32,451 nucleotides of DNA from Perkinsus chesapeaki ATCC PRA-425 (taxonomy: Eukaryota > Protista > Perkinsozoa): the NCBI GenBank assembly GCA_013115145.1, contig JAAPAO010000402.1, positions 1-32,451 of the forward strand, read 5' to 3'. Made by a program: the position numbers and the translations under genes. Below the pieces are notes generated by a model, which made no database searches, was not told where the DNA came from, and was given only the letters and a program-made list of their open reading frames with translations. Shown one piece after another: positions 22,200 to 32,451 of this stretch. The number at the start of each line of letters is the position of its first letter. Position 1 is the first letter of the stretch.

Positions 22200-25000
22200 T
22201 TCACTGACGTAGTGACCGAATGCATATTCAGTGACGAATTGTCAGGAAGACTAGACGCTTTTCAAGACTTCTTGAGTGTTACACACGCGACATCCGAGCC
22301 TCACCATTTTCGTTGCTGATTGTCCGCCATCACTATTAGCATCGCCTTTAACAGCCGGCACTGAAGCTTGGATTGTTACTAGACACCGATGTGGAACCAA
22401 CGACCAGCTGGTTTGAGGATCTTGTGTTTCCGCCTCGGATCTAGTTGCCTGATTGAAACAGCATCATCGAATTGCTATCATTCACTATTATCACTATTAT
22501 GAAATTATTGTACAGATAAATGGGATTTGGACGACATCGTAAAAGTGAAACTACTCCACCTTGAGCACCCCGCACCTTAAGCTGCGAAGATATCTGTTAG
22601 GTGCGCTTGAAAAGTGTGTTACAAGTTTGTCTACTTCAATTCAGCGATTGAATGGACATGAAAGTTCGGGTATTATCAAACCTTTTAATTTTTTAGATTC
22701 GAGTACGTTGAGCAAATGCTAGGCTTGACCTATAAACCTTGTAGGAGCTCGAGCTTGACATTATCTAGGCCTCACCTCCTCCAGTGTAGCCGGCCTCGCT
22801 GTGGTAATTGTCGAAGCGTTAAGAACAGGTCGCATAATCTCCCAACCTGCTTGGCCCTTCTCAGCGAGCAGTTGGCCATCTAGGCGGCCGTTGAACAGCC
22901 GACATATACGAACGGTGACACCTTGAGGGCTGACACCTAGTAAAAGGATAGTATTGTTTCACATGGTATCGAGGCTCTTACCTTGCCACAGAGGAGCCTG
23001 GATACCAGTGTCACCGATAAGCTCGAAACCGCTTTGTAGTAGAAATGTCCGAATGTCGACGGGAGAGTCTGAGCACTCCGTAACGGTTCTGCCATTCACC
23101 AAGTACCTGAACAAGATAGAGACGAAACAAGGCAATTGCGTACTTGGCAAATTAACGTTCCTGCTCGTTTGCCTACCCCCCCTCAACAAACTAGTCATTT
23201 GCGACCATTCCGAGGGCATCCGTGTAAGCTTCGCAATTCGGTTGACGAATTTGTTTGGTCAAAACACCCTTTCGAATGTGAACCAAAATGGATCATTTTC
23301 GGCATTCAGAGTCTTCGTGAGCGAACCGTGCACAATTACAACTATTACGCGACCGGATAGAAACTCCAAGTCGAATACAGAAGCTACATTCAAGCAGGAG
23401 GCCGGGTAGGAAGCTATCGCCGTTCTTACTTAAGAGGAGCTGATTCTAATGTTGATACGTGTTGGGCAAGGACCGTACCTAAAACAGCAGCATACACCAA
23501 AAGTGCCGCGACCCGGGATCGAACCTACGTAAGGGTATTTTTGCCCCGCTAAACCGCAATATGGTCTGCTCACAGGATGACTTCAGCCCTCGATTAGGTA
23601 AATCATAAATGACTTGTGCCTCTGTCTCATGAACTGCCACGTTCATGTTACCGATGCCATGCAACGGCTTGTACCTACCAAACGGGAAGTCATCTAAGAG
23701 ATCCGAGTGTGTCCTTGAATAACACCCTCCGGAGATCTATCGATACAACGAACCGTTTCATAGAAGCTCGTTAAACCTAGACAAAAATTGATGACTCCCG
23801 TCCGGCACTTGAACCACAAAAATGGGGCCCTATCAATATACACCCCAGATGAGTTAGTTGCCAGAATTTCCCCACCAAATTTCAACAACCTAGATCCAAG
23901 GTCGGAAGGCGAAAAAAACCAACGGGAATTTGCCTGTAGATTTTCCGTCGGGTATCCGTACACTCCAACACTAGCAGTCCAGAAAATGATATTATGACTG
24001 TGATGATAACAATAGTAAGCCGTCATCGGGAATCTATAAACCTACGTGAAGAGCTCCGCCACACTTCTATACGGTGACTTAATTTCTCGCATACCCCCTC
24101 GAGTGACCAGATCTCGAGCAAGCGCCTCAGCACAGTCGTTTTTGACTAGAACCGACACCTGCATCCTCAGGTGTTGTACGGGTGACGGGTGGGTTGATGA
24201 TTCCATTAGACAAAGCTATTGCTTATAGTATCGATTGTACCTTCCTAATGTTGACAAGTTTGGCTCTAATATTGCTAACTTGCTAGCACTTATGTTCAGA
24301 AAGATCTCGACCGAACAGAACAGACTCAAGTTTGCTGATGGGACCTGGACTATTCGGGTTTCAAAGAAGGATTACTCTTACCCTTCAGGTACACAACTCA
24401 AACTAAAGATTCGTAACGATTAAAAGCCTTGAACGTTAGATGTAGTCTGATCTTCATTATTCAATTCAGCTACTACCATGATACCGAGGCCGCTGTGATA
24501 CGCGCGGCGCTAAATACACTACGACAACTTCCGGCTCGAATCAATACAAGCAGTTTTCACAGTACAACAGCAACTACTCCGCAAATCAACACGAACCTCC
24601 GTACGGAAACAAATTCAGAAACGAATAACATGACTGCATGTCCGACTATTGCCGTCCACCAGCAAGGCTCCTCGAAATGGCATCGGCAAGCTCACTATCA
24701 TCGACTCTACCACAAATCCGCAGGAGTCTCCTGAGCTCACTGCAAAGGGGACAATGAAACATTGTTTGGTAACGATATAAGAGCCTACCTGTCAGAGAGT
24801 GGCAGGCCCTTCTCGAACGCCCGAGCTATTTTAGATCGAGATGCCTCCCACAACTCGTAAGCAGCTGATTGCTCCCCTTCAGAAATAGATAACATCAGTC
24901 GAGCGATGATAGATAGGAATTCTCTGGCGGATCGATCCTAAATAGGTTGTAGAATTACACTGCGAATCCAGAACTTCCAGATATTTTCGTAAAACACCGA
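22200..25000 (-). CDS. Hypothetical multi-exon protein with a UIM-like motif; boundaries uncertain, may be more than one gene
   Basis: Exon-like segments: AAYELWEASRSKIARAFEKGLPLSD|gtagg; VDDSELADAISRSLA (24661-24705, fits the acidic-L-x-x-A-x-x-x-S UIM pattern); FSGAKIPL|RTVLAQHVSTLESAPL|NFCIRLGVSIRSR; TFLLQSGFELIGDTGIQAPLWQ|gtaag; VTVRICRLFNGRLDGQLLAEKGQAGWEIMRPVLNAS...EE|gtgag. Confidence 0.55.
23504..23525 (-). other. 3' fragment of a tRNA-Phe-like gene inside a 50-nt intron (23479-23528)
   Basis: - strand GG TTCGATC CCGGG TCGCGGC A, followed by CTTTT. This implies a GCCGCGA acceptor stem; eukaryotic tRNA-Phe typically starts GCCG and carries GGTTCGATCCCGGG. No 5' half upstream. Confidence 0.75.
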
Positions 25001-25260
25001 GGCCGTGACGGTTCAATAGGAATACATATTGTCAAAAACGGATAAAGGGACTTCACACGCAGCAAATAATACTTATTATTATATTCCTCTATTAATAACA
25101 CATTTTCAATTTCAACTCTCCAGAAATTCTAGTCTTTTGACTCGAGAATTGCTAGGAACTACTGTATTGTCAAAAGTCTATTAGCTGAATAATATATGTT
25201 AACGGGGGCATCCAAGACTCGCGCTGAAAACTTCGCGCGCCAAGATATTAGTAGATAGGC

Positions 25261-25278
25261 ATGAAACGGTTGATCGAT
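25261..25278 (+). repeat. Dispersed 18-mer ATGAAACGGTTGATCGAT, copy 2 (intergenic)
   Basis: Identical to the 8899 and 29104 copies; shares upstream GCGCTGAAA...GCCAAG with the 8899 copy. Confidence 0.9.
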
Positions 25279-25679
25279 TAAATGTCATGTTTTTGGCTCT
25301 CATTGCTGTTTTACTCGTCTTTGAAAGTCCACTTTCCAGCACTTAATATCGAGCGAGAAATCGAGAAAATTCGAATCTATTTTATCGCGTCGGGCTGTAG
25401 GCTATTTCTGCCATCATCAATCTATTCCTTTCCTCATGATTGTACGACCAGTATCTATCCACTATCTCCTTCGGTACTTTTAGAATATGGCGAAGTAATT
25501 ATCTTTGAGAATTAAGCGATACTTATTTGGTTGATCTATACTTTTGTGAAGCTTAACTTAGTACAGACCATAAATCCCAACTAAGAGACTCACCGTTGAT
25601 GGTAGATCAGTCGATGAAATCCATTCGATAATATCATAAATAATAGTCTCCCTCAGGCGTGCCAGCATTGCAGTCGTCT

Positions 25680-28483
25680 GGAACAAATGACAGAAACATA
25701 TGGCTCATTTCCCCCCCCGGAACAACAGCCGTATTTTGCGTCAAATTCTCGAAATTTCTGGAGTGCAGCGAGCGACGTCTACGAAAAGCAGTCCGTAGCG
25801 GACGACCTTCTCGACAACAAGACCACCGGGTAGCCTACTTTACTGACATGTCTACCAGTCTACTCCAGCGCTGGCTACCTGCTACAACACTGAGCAAGAA
25901 ATACAATGTTTTCCTAAGTACTAAAATGAAGCTTTCTCAAAAGTGAGCTTCATCAAACTCATGACATAGTACACAAATTATGGGAATGCTTATCCAGGGC
26001 CCCCTGGCAGGGGGGGGTTATGAACAAATTTGCAAACACAGCGGAGCGAAGCGTTTCACGTTTCACATTTTCTACTGTTACCTGTGGTATAGCTGCCAGA
26101 CACTCCACTATGAGTACTCCTTCATGCACTCGAGCAATTCCTTCCTCGCTGCTGCTGCTGCTCATCGACCTTCCCTTCATATAGTGCTGATTAAGTGTTG
26201 GTAACTAAAATACCGCTGCTGAGGATCGAACCTGCGACCTCGTCTTACCAAACGAGTGTTGATAAATTTCTCATCGTAATTCCCCAATCGCTTAAGTGCT
26301 GCCATCAGCTGCAAACAGCCTCGACTGTTGAGCTGCGTTGTGGTGTAAAACAGACACGTTTTGATCAGCCTGTCGACGCAAACTCGAAGAGACTCTCGCA
26401 ATTCCGGTGATGCCTTCTCGATGTCCACCACGCTTGCCGCTGCCACAATGAACCTGAAACTCTGTCCAAAGTCTTAAATTGATCACGCTACCGGATCTTG
26501 AAAACTACCATGCGTCAGACGCTTCTTACTACGCGTCTCGATTTTTGACAAGACAACGATCCTCCCTCAGAAATGATGCAATCCAGTAACTACACTTGCT
26601 CTCCACACCAAGCTGCCCGCAAGTCAACTCAGGAAATGTCCCAGTCTAGTGACCGAAAGGATCGAGTGGCCAACACTGTCTCCCTCATCATACAAAGCAG
26701 AAGCATATAATCCAACTCCAACGTCGTTCTCTTGACCATCTCGATCGATTGCCCCTCCCCACCTGTGAGCTTCTACTGGCGTAACAGCCTTCCGTCTGCT
26801 AACAGTTGTAGCTGTAATATTATTATCGCTGTCTTCCAAACGTATACTCAGCTCATCAGCCAAAGCCGATAGAAGAGGCGGCGCGAAGAAGCCCAACTGA
26901 TCGAAAAACTCCTCAGCCGCTTTGTTGATGGATTCTTTCCCCTACGATATTCCATACCGAGATCAACGAGTCAACAACCCAATGGCCCCCCACTTGCCTT
27001 GGAGTAAGCTTGAGCGACTGCACACAATTGGAAGCTCGCCAAATGGGGAAGTGATTCGGGCAGAACTGCGGCAGAGACTTCAAATAGTAATTGAACCTGA
27101 AGGGAACCGTTTGCCAGGCGAAATAGCCTTTCAGAGTGGTGGACTTGAAAACCAATTTATTGTGTCGACAAGAGAGCTATTGACACATTTGTGAGAGCAA
27201 TCACAAGTGCTTATCGACCTGGAGAGAACTTGGTAAATTTTGTGCTGAAATCCGGTCGCACTTCCCAGCAGGAATACAAAGAGCATTTCGCAACTGTCAC
27301 CAGGTCCAAATCCCGAGCTTGACTGGTGGTGTCTCAGAAGCATTTTAATGCTTAAGGGAGATGAAAGGACTATTGGACGGTATGTCCAGGAATACTGGAC
27401 CATCCATAGGAGACCCGATTCGCAATGAAAGTCGTAGTAAAGTGGAAACGATTCAATAATTCTGGATTTAAAGTACTATTCGCTAACGTCTTCGTCCGCC
27501 ATTAGCGGTATGATTACGCTATCCCTAAAACGGTCTAAAATCGCGATGGGCACTGAAGTGAGTTCTTGTGATAGTTACGGGTGATATAGAGATTGTATAA
27601 TACGATACTGTATATTACGTATCTGCTATTCATATATTATTGATTTATATTAATATATACAAAGCTCCATTAGTTCTAACACAAATATATGAGGCTGTGC
27701 TTCTCGCATATAAGCCAACGTTCACTGAAGAGACCAACAAATCTCACATTGCTGACTGTTGATTGCTGCCCTTCTGCATTCCTGTGATCTTCTTCCACTC
27801 GATTCGCTCGCAGTCTCGGCAATCGAGCGTATGACTCCAGCACACCAACCAATTGCACTGCATTGAGCTCGCTTATTCGAGATACCAGGAGACCGGCTGG
27901 AAAAATGCATGCGGTGGGATTCGAACCCTCGACTGTCTTACCCACCAGTTCCAGCACTTGACTATCGTACATCCTAGACTGGCCGCTAGCACGTGCAATC
28001 AGTCTGCAGTCAGATACGGATATACAGGAGCTTGAAAGAGAAACTGAGACAATACGGGAATGTCCGGTCGATGAGGCCCGAGGCATAGCCTCGGAGGACG
28101 GTCAAAAAGTAATCCTAATGTGGAGCAGATAAAACGAAAAAAATCCGTTACAAAATATGTTACCATACAAGAAGTAAACGTCAAAGCCATTCCTTGTGGG
28201 CCTAGCTCTAGATGATGCTTCTCTCAGCCTGTCGGCCGGCCTAGCTTTCCCTGACCACATTTGTCTCATGATCCTTCGGTGAAGTGAGACTTGTCGAAAA
28301 AGATGGCATCAAAAGACAGTACGTGAAAAGATTGTCGAACAAGGATAGTCAAGAAGTATTCAATGGATGCCATGCACAGCGAAGAGTTGGGATAAGCTGG
28401 GGGCGATGATGCTGTCTCCAGTAGGATGCTACTGGAAGTAAGGGGTTCATCGAACCAGTGGAAACGTGGTTGGTGTATATCAT
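25680..28483 (-). CDS. Helical-repeat (heptatricopeptide/OPR-like) putative organellar RNA-binding protein 1; multi-exon, ends approximate
   Basis: Spliced repeats: ARASGQSRMYDSQVLELV|AGLLVSRISELNAVQLVGVLESYARL; VLPESLPHLASFQLCAVAQAYSK|LGFFAPPLLSALADELSIRLED; QLNSRGCLQLMAALKRLGNYDEKFINTRL|LPTLNQH. These resemble ~37-aa HPR/OPR helix pairs. Confidence 0.65.
26211..26241 (-). other. Degenerate tRNA 3' fragment inside a 44-nt intron (26205-26248)
   Basis: - strand GAGGTC GCAGG TTCGATC CTCAG CAGCGGT A, followed by TTTT then AG. Spacing is tRNA-exact, but the T-stem pairs poorly. Confidence 0.5.
27906..27928 (-). other. 3' fragment of a tRNA-Leu-like gene inside a 45-nt intron (27897-27941)
   Basis: - strand GAGGG TTCGAAT CCCAC CGCATGC A, followed by TTTTT then CCAG. 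The T-arm pairs 4/5. GGGTTCGAATCCCAC is the typical eukaryotic tRNA-Leu T-arm. Confidence 0.8.
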
Positions 28484-28819
28484 CTCACCGATGATGGTTC
28501 CTAAGCTCCTGCCCAACTACGCTATCAAAAAGTTTAACACGTTCGGCTAGAAATGAGATTTTAGATGAACTGACAGTAAATATGCACGTCATTACTGAAT
28601 AAGTAATCCATTGCTAAAGTGATGTACACAGTCCCTTCAATCTTATAGTAGTAGCTTATCGTATATAGCATCATAACAGCAGTATAACAATTACATGTTT
28701 AACATTAAAGCAGAAGAGGCATATTCATTGTAGCATAGGACGACTGAATTCCTAATAAAGAGTTTTAAACATAACTCTACGAGCAAGGATAACAATACAG
28801 TTCTATATGATCATCATCA

Positions 28820-30961
28820 TTAAAATTGCTTTTTAATTATTCCCAACTTATCCGACTCCCGATCATCCCACTCTCCTTCATCTCCCAACAAACCTTCATT
28901 TCTTCCTTCTTCATTATTCTCCTTCTCATCGTTGGTCGGGTTGTCTCGTATCGCCGTTCCTTCCAGCAGCTCACTGAGTATTCGAGCGTTCAACTGAAAA
29001 TCTTATCATTCCCAAAGCATCGCATTGTTTCATAGATGAACTTGTTGGCCTCAGAACAATCGCTTGCTGGGACGTCTTACCAAGTACAATAATGAAACGG
29101 CTGATGAAACGGTTGATCGATATATCATCGAATTCTCACAGTTGAACGAGACATACCGTCGGTGTTCCGAGCCGGGAATAAGCAAAAGATGGTAACTTGA
29201 AAGCTATACTGCAAATGATATTTCTCACTGTTAGTAAATTTATATTCTACCATCGCAACATTTTTCGATCAACGAGAGATGCTTTTCCGTGAGACCAGAT
29301 GAATCCTGTAGAATTCTCGGCACTCTTGCGCTGCCCTCCTTATCAAGTCCGCCACAACAGTAAGACGGGAATACAACATACTATAGGGAAGAGGAGCTTT
29401 GAAGAAGACATTGATTCATATGTGAAGAAGTACCGCAGCACCAGCTCTTACCAAAGTCATGGCTTCGAATTCAGCACTTCCAGCAGTTGTTAAGGCATGC
29501 ATGATAACAGCGCATTGGTGAACCTTGAAAGGATCTTTCTGACCCGTCTGTCGATATATTTCCTATTCACTTGGAGCCTCACTTTAAAAATATATGCAAG
29601 GAATATAACGAATACGTGAGAGCAGTGGGACGGAGCCTCGACAGGACGAACACCAACACGCGGTGGTGGTGCAGTAAAAATAGTAAGACTCCAGCCGCTA
29701 GAGCCTAGCATCAAGCTTAGATACTCCCCTATTGTACTTCACTATTTTTATCCATATAGTTGACCATTACCCTCAATACCGCAGCTACCTCCCGAGCTAC
29801 CTTAAGTAACTCAGTATGCTCCCGGTTAGCGCATGCTAGTGCCCACGTCGTATTAGGGCAGCAGCATCATTTAACAGCGAAATATACATGTATGAGTATT
29901 CCGTTCGAACCTATTGGGTCCCATGAAATTATATATCTATATAAACTACGTAAAGACTTATGTACATTTTTAACTCTGGAGCAACTGCAAACTGCATATT
30001 AAAAGTATTTATTAAACCAGTTGTTACATCGACATCTCTTAAGTATCTTACTGTTAGTCGTACAAACAATGCAATATCATTTTAAATAACATTCCCGCCC
30101 GAACAGCCTTCACAGTGCGCGCTTAAATCTAAACCCTTAAATCTAGTTGGTCATGATGATGATGCGCACCAATGGACGTGATTCAGTGCCATAATGATAG
30201 CAACATTTTCCCAGCTCACGTTGAGTCTATCGGCCAACGGTCCTCGGATATTCTTAACGACTGTCTGCCAGTACTCTCGATTAGCCACACCTTCCTGGGC
30301 TGACTGGCGAACCTGTACAATGATTCTTGCGCGCCGCGAAATTGCTTATGGAAGTGGTTTTGTCGAGAAAATGTGTGAGGGAATTTGAATCATTTCCACG
30401 AGGAGGAATTGCGAATGATTGAGAGCTTCCAAAGAACCCTATGGTGGGTGAGCTTATACTCGGTTTGTCACAAAGAAGGAGCTTTGATACGAATGACAGG
30501 TTATGATGAACCTAATCGATCAACCGTTTCAACTGTCCACGCAAATCCGAATGCCCTCTAAGAACTTCCTCATCATACGACATTAGCTATTCGAGAATGA
30601 CAGTTTATTGCTCGACTGAGGCAGGCAGCCAATAGATCTACAAGCACCAATCTCAGAAGGCCAATTAGCCTCTCCAACGCGGAAAGCACCCGAAGTATAT
30701 TGAGGCGGAAAATAAGTTGTATTGGTCAATCTCACCGAATCGATAAAGACACTTTCTGATGCGGACATTTATAAAGCTTCCAATCATAGCCTTCATATGC
30801 CTATATTTCGACACTGCAGTGGAATCAGCGTATCTTACCTGAGCCACCCAATCCGCAACATTAACTTCCCTCTGAGTCACGCCACTCGAACTTGATGAGA
30901 AACTTCGGATGGCCGAAACCGATAGCGGCCGAAATTTCGAGAGCGAATTAGAGCAAGGCAT
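28820..30961 (-). CDS. Helical-repeat (HPR/OPR-like) protein 2 with a putative mitochondrial presequence; multi-exon
   Basis: ATG at 30961 opens MPCSNSLSKFRPLSVSAIRSFSS (Ser/Arg-rich, no acidic residues). Exons include AQEGVANREYWQTVVKNIRGPLADRLN|gtgag and SFAYSRLGTPT|gtatg. The acidic last exon LNARILSELLEG...DEGEWDDRESDKLGIIKKQF* stops at 28820-28822. Confidence 0.55.
29104..29121 (+). repeat. Dispersed 18-mer ATGAAACGGTTGATCGAT, copy 3
   Basis: Preceded by the partial tandem copy ATGAAACGGCTG; lies in an intron of the - strand gene. Confidence 0.9.
30515..30531 (-). repeat. Dispersed 17-mer TGAAACGGTTGATCGAT, copy 4 (reverse orientation)
   Basis: The + strand reads ATCGATCAACCGTTTCA. Confidence 0.9.
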
Positions 30962-31229
30962 CGAGGAGTAATAGAAACTGTATACGTAGGGTAGCCGCGA
31001 GTTTTTAGGCGCCGCGAACTGGCGTACTTTTACTTCGTACAGTGTAATCAACCTTATACAGTGAAAGGATGCCGAAGAGAGCCGACCTTATGGTATCAAA
31101 CAAGGCAATATATCTCTGAATATCGACTAGTAATTGTCTAAATTTGGTGTCTGAGTAAAATGGATGCTCATCAAGATGGGAGAGACTATGTTGCCATAGT
31201 ACTGATTGTCAGTACCTTGAACGCATTAA

Positions 31230-31680
31230 AAAGGGCTCGATGAATCCTTTCAAGGGTTTACCGATGCCATTGTGGACAGTGTTCACACACATATAGGTTC
31301 GGAGATATTCTCATTGATATGAGAATCCCGTACGTCTTTTGGTCCTCGACCACTAGTATCTTAAGTATATACGGCAATGAAGGCCAACGGGCATTGGAGG
31401 ACTACAACATCGTACAGCACTTCATCGATACTATGTTGAACAACCGAATATCTTGATCGGTGAGGCTTGTCCTACCGTGTCCGCACGTACAAGAATACTT
31501 CTCTTCTGGGGTGTTTGTCAAGACAAACACAAGGTGCTTACTGATAATTTCTGTGGAGGATGTCCGTTATTTCAGTTCGCACCAAGTATCCATATTGTTA
31601 TATTAGATTTGGAGTTGCTCTACGAAGTAGAGGCACCCACTACAGTACGCACCATAGATAGTGAAGCAATCAATCACGAA
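31230..31680 (+). CDS. Hypothetical multi-exon protein fragment
   Basis: Exon-like segments GLDESFQGFTDAIVD, FGDILIDMRIP|gtacg, NEGQRALEDYNIVQHFIDTML, QEYFSSGVFVKTNT and VRTKYPYCYIRFGVALRSRG. The last resembles FCIRLGVSIRSR in the 22.2-25 kb gene. Confidence 0.4.
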
Positions 31681-32451
31681 AAGTGAGACAGAAGCGAGAC
31701 ATGAGAAGCAAGCCACCTTCCGAGCCAACTTGATGCTGCTCTAGGACTCTCTGTGCAATATCATCCCGGCACAGCTGTGTGGCAGCACGAAGCTTGCCCC
31801 CTCCCCCCATCACTTCCTCGTCATCCATGCTTCTCCTATCTATTATAGAGCTATATTGTGTTATCAGTGCATCCTAAGCCACCACTAGGGCATATCCCCT
31901 GGGTGAGTTCAAGTCGTATTGTTGTGAAATACACTAATTATAAAACTAAGATTTCATGACATGTTAGTAAGTACCTCAACGCTTCCCTCAGGAATATGGA
32001 TTTAGTTCATGTGTTCAAGTTTTCATTACAACATGCCCCCTAACTCTACAGGACAATACGACTATACTGTCACCGGACATGACTCCTACTGGAGAGCTCG
32101 ATGAGATACCATCGTCTAACAACTACTACTGGCATGCCTCAATTGTTGGCACAACGTAAGTCTGGCTAGCCGTGCTTATTTTTGACACGGTTTCGTTGGG
32201 GAACTCCAAGATATAGTAAGATGTGCAAGATTTTACTCATGATCCTCCAGAGTTGTACCAACTTGAGCAACTACAACTGTGTTTCGGTAGATGGAGTAGT
32301 GGTCACTTTAGCAGTGACAGGGTCCTTGTAGGGAGGACCAAGTACTGCTGTAGTCGCTATCAGCAACCATGAATATATTGTAGGAGAGGATCACTCCCAC
32401 TAGAATGTCGCCCTTCGAACGTGTTGACAAGGCTTTTCACCTGCCCCACCC

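Noticed and set aside
23479-27941. Intact tRNA genes or LTR primer-binding sites at the three T-loop hits
   Set aside because: No 5' acceptor strand or D-arm lies ~72 nt upstream, the upstream sequence is protein-coding, and there is no CCA complement or adjacent LTR.
29104-30531. Transposon delimited by the inverted 17-mers
   Set aside because: The interval contains exons of the host gene in register with exons outside it, there is no TSD or transposase, and two further unpaired copies occur elsewhere.

Overview
Eukaryotic, gene-dense window with many ~43-62 nt GT-AG introns and a few GC-AG introns. Intron size, gene families and intronless secreted-protein families suggest a Perkinsus-like alveolate (inference; no database search was possible). 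Exon chains were assembled by hand, so multi-exon coordinates are spans, not exact models. Well supported genes: the 3' part of a divergent ATG2 (447-5383, +), a GT31 beta-1,3-galactosyltransferase-like gene (6294-9435, +), an RRM protein (9878-11452, +) and two intronless secreted proteins (18109-18828 and 19985-20374, +). A frameshifted paralog of the second secreted protein lies at 12906-13314 (-). Two tandem helical-repeat (HPR/OPR-like) genes occupy ~25.7-31.0 kb (-), alongside several unidentified multi-exon genes. No intact tRNA, rRNA, CRISPR array or RT/transposase ORF was recognised. The most striking observation: three 44-50 nt spliceosomal introns in two genes consist largely of the 3' end of a tRNA gene in sense orientation (T-loop, 5-nt T-stem strand, 7-nt acceptor strand, discriminator A, then oligo-T), with no 5' tRNA half. 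Other signals: a 17/18-mer dispersed four times, two homologous introns within ATG2, and short-motif clusters between 19 and 21.6 kb.
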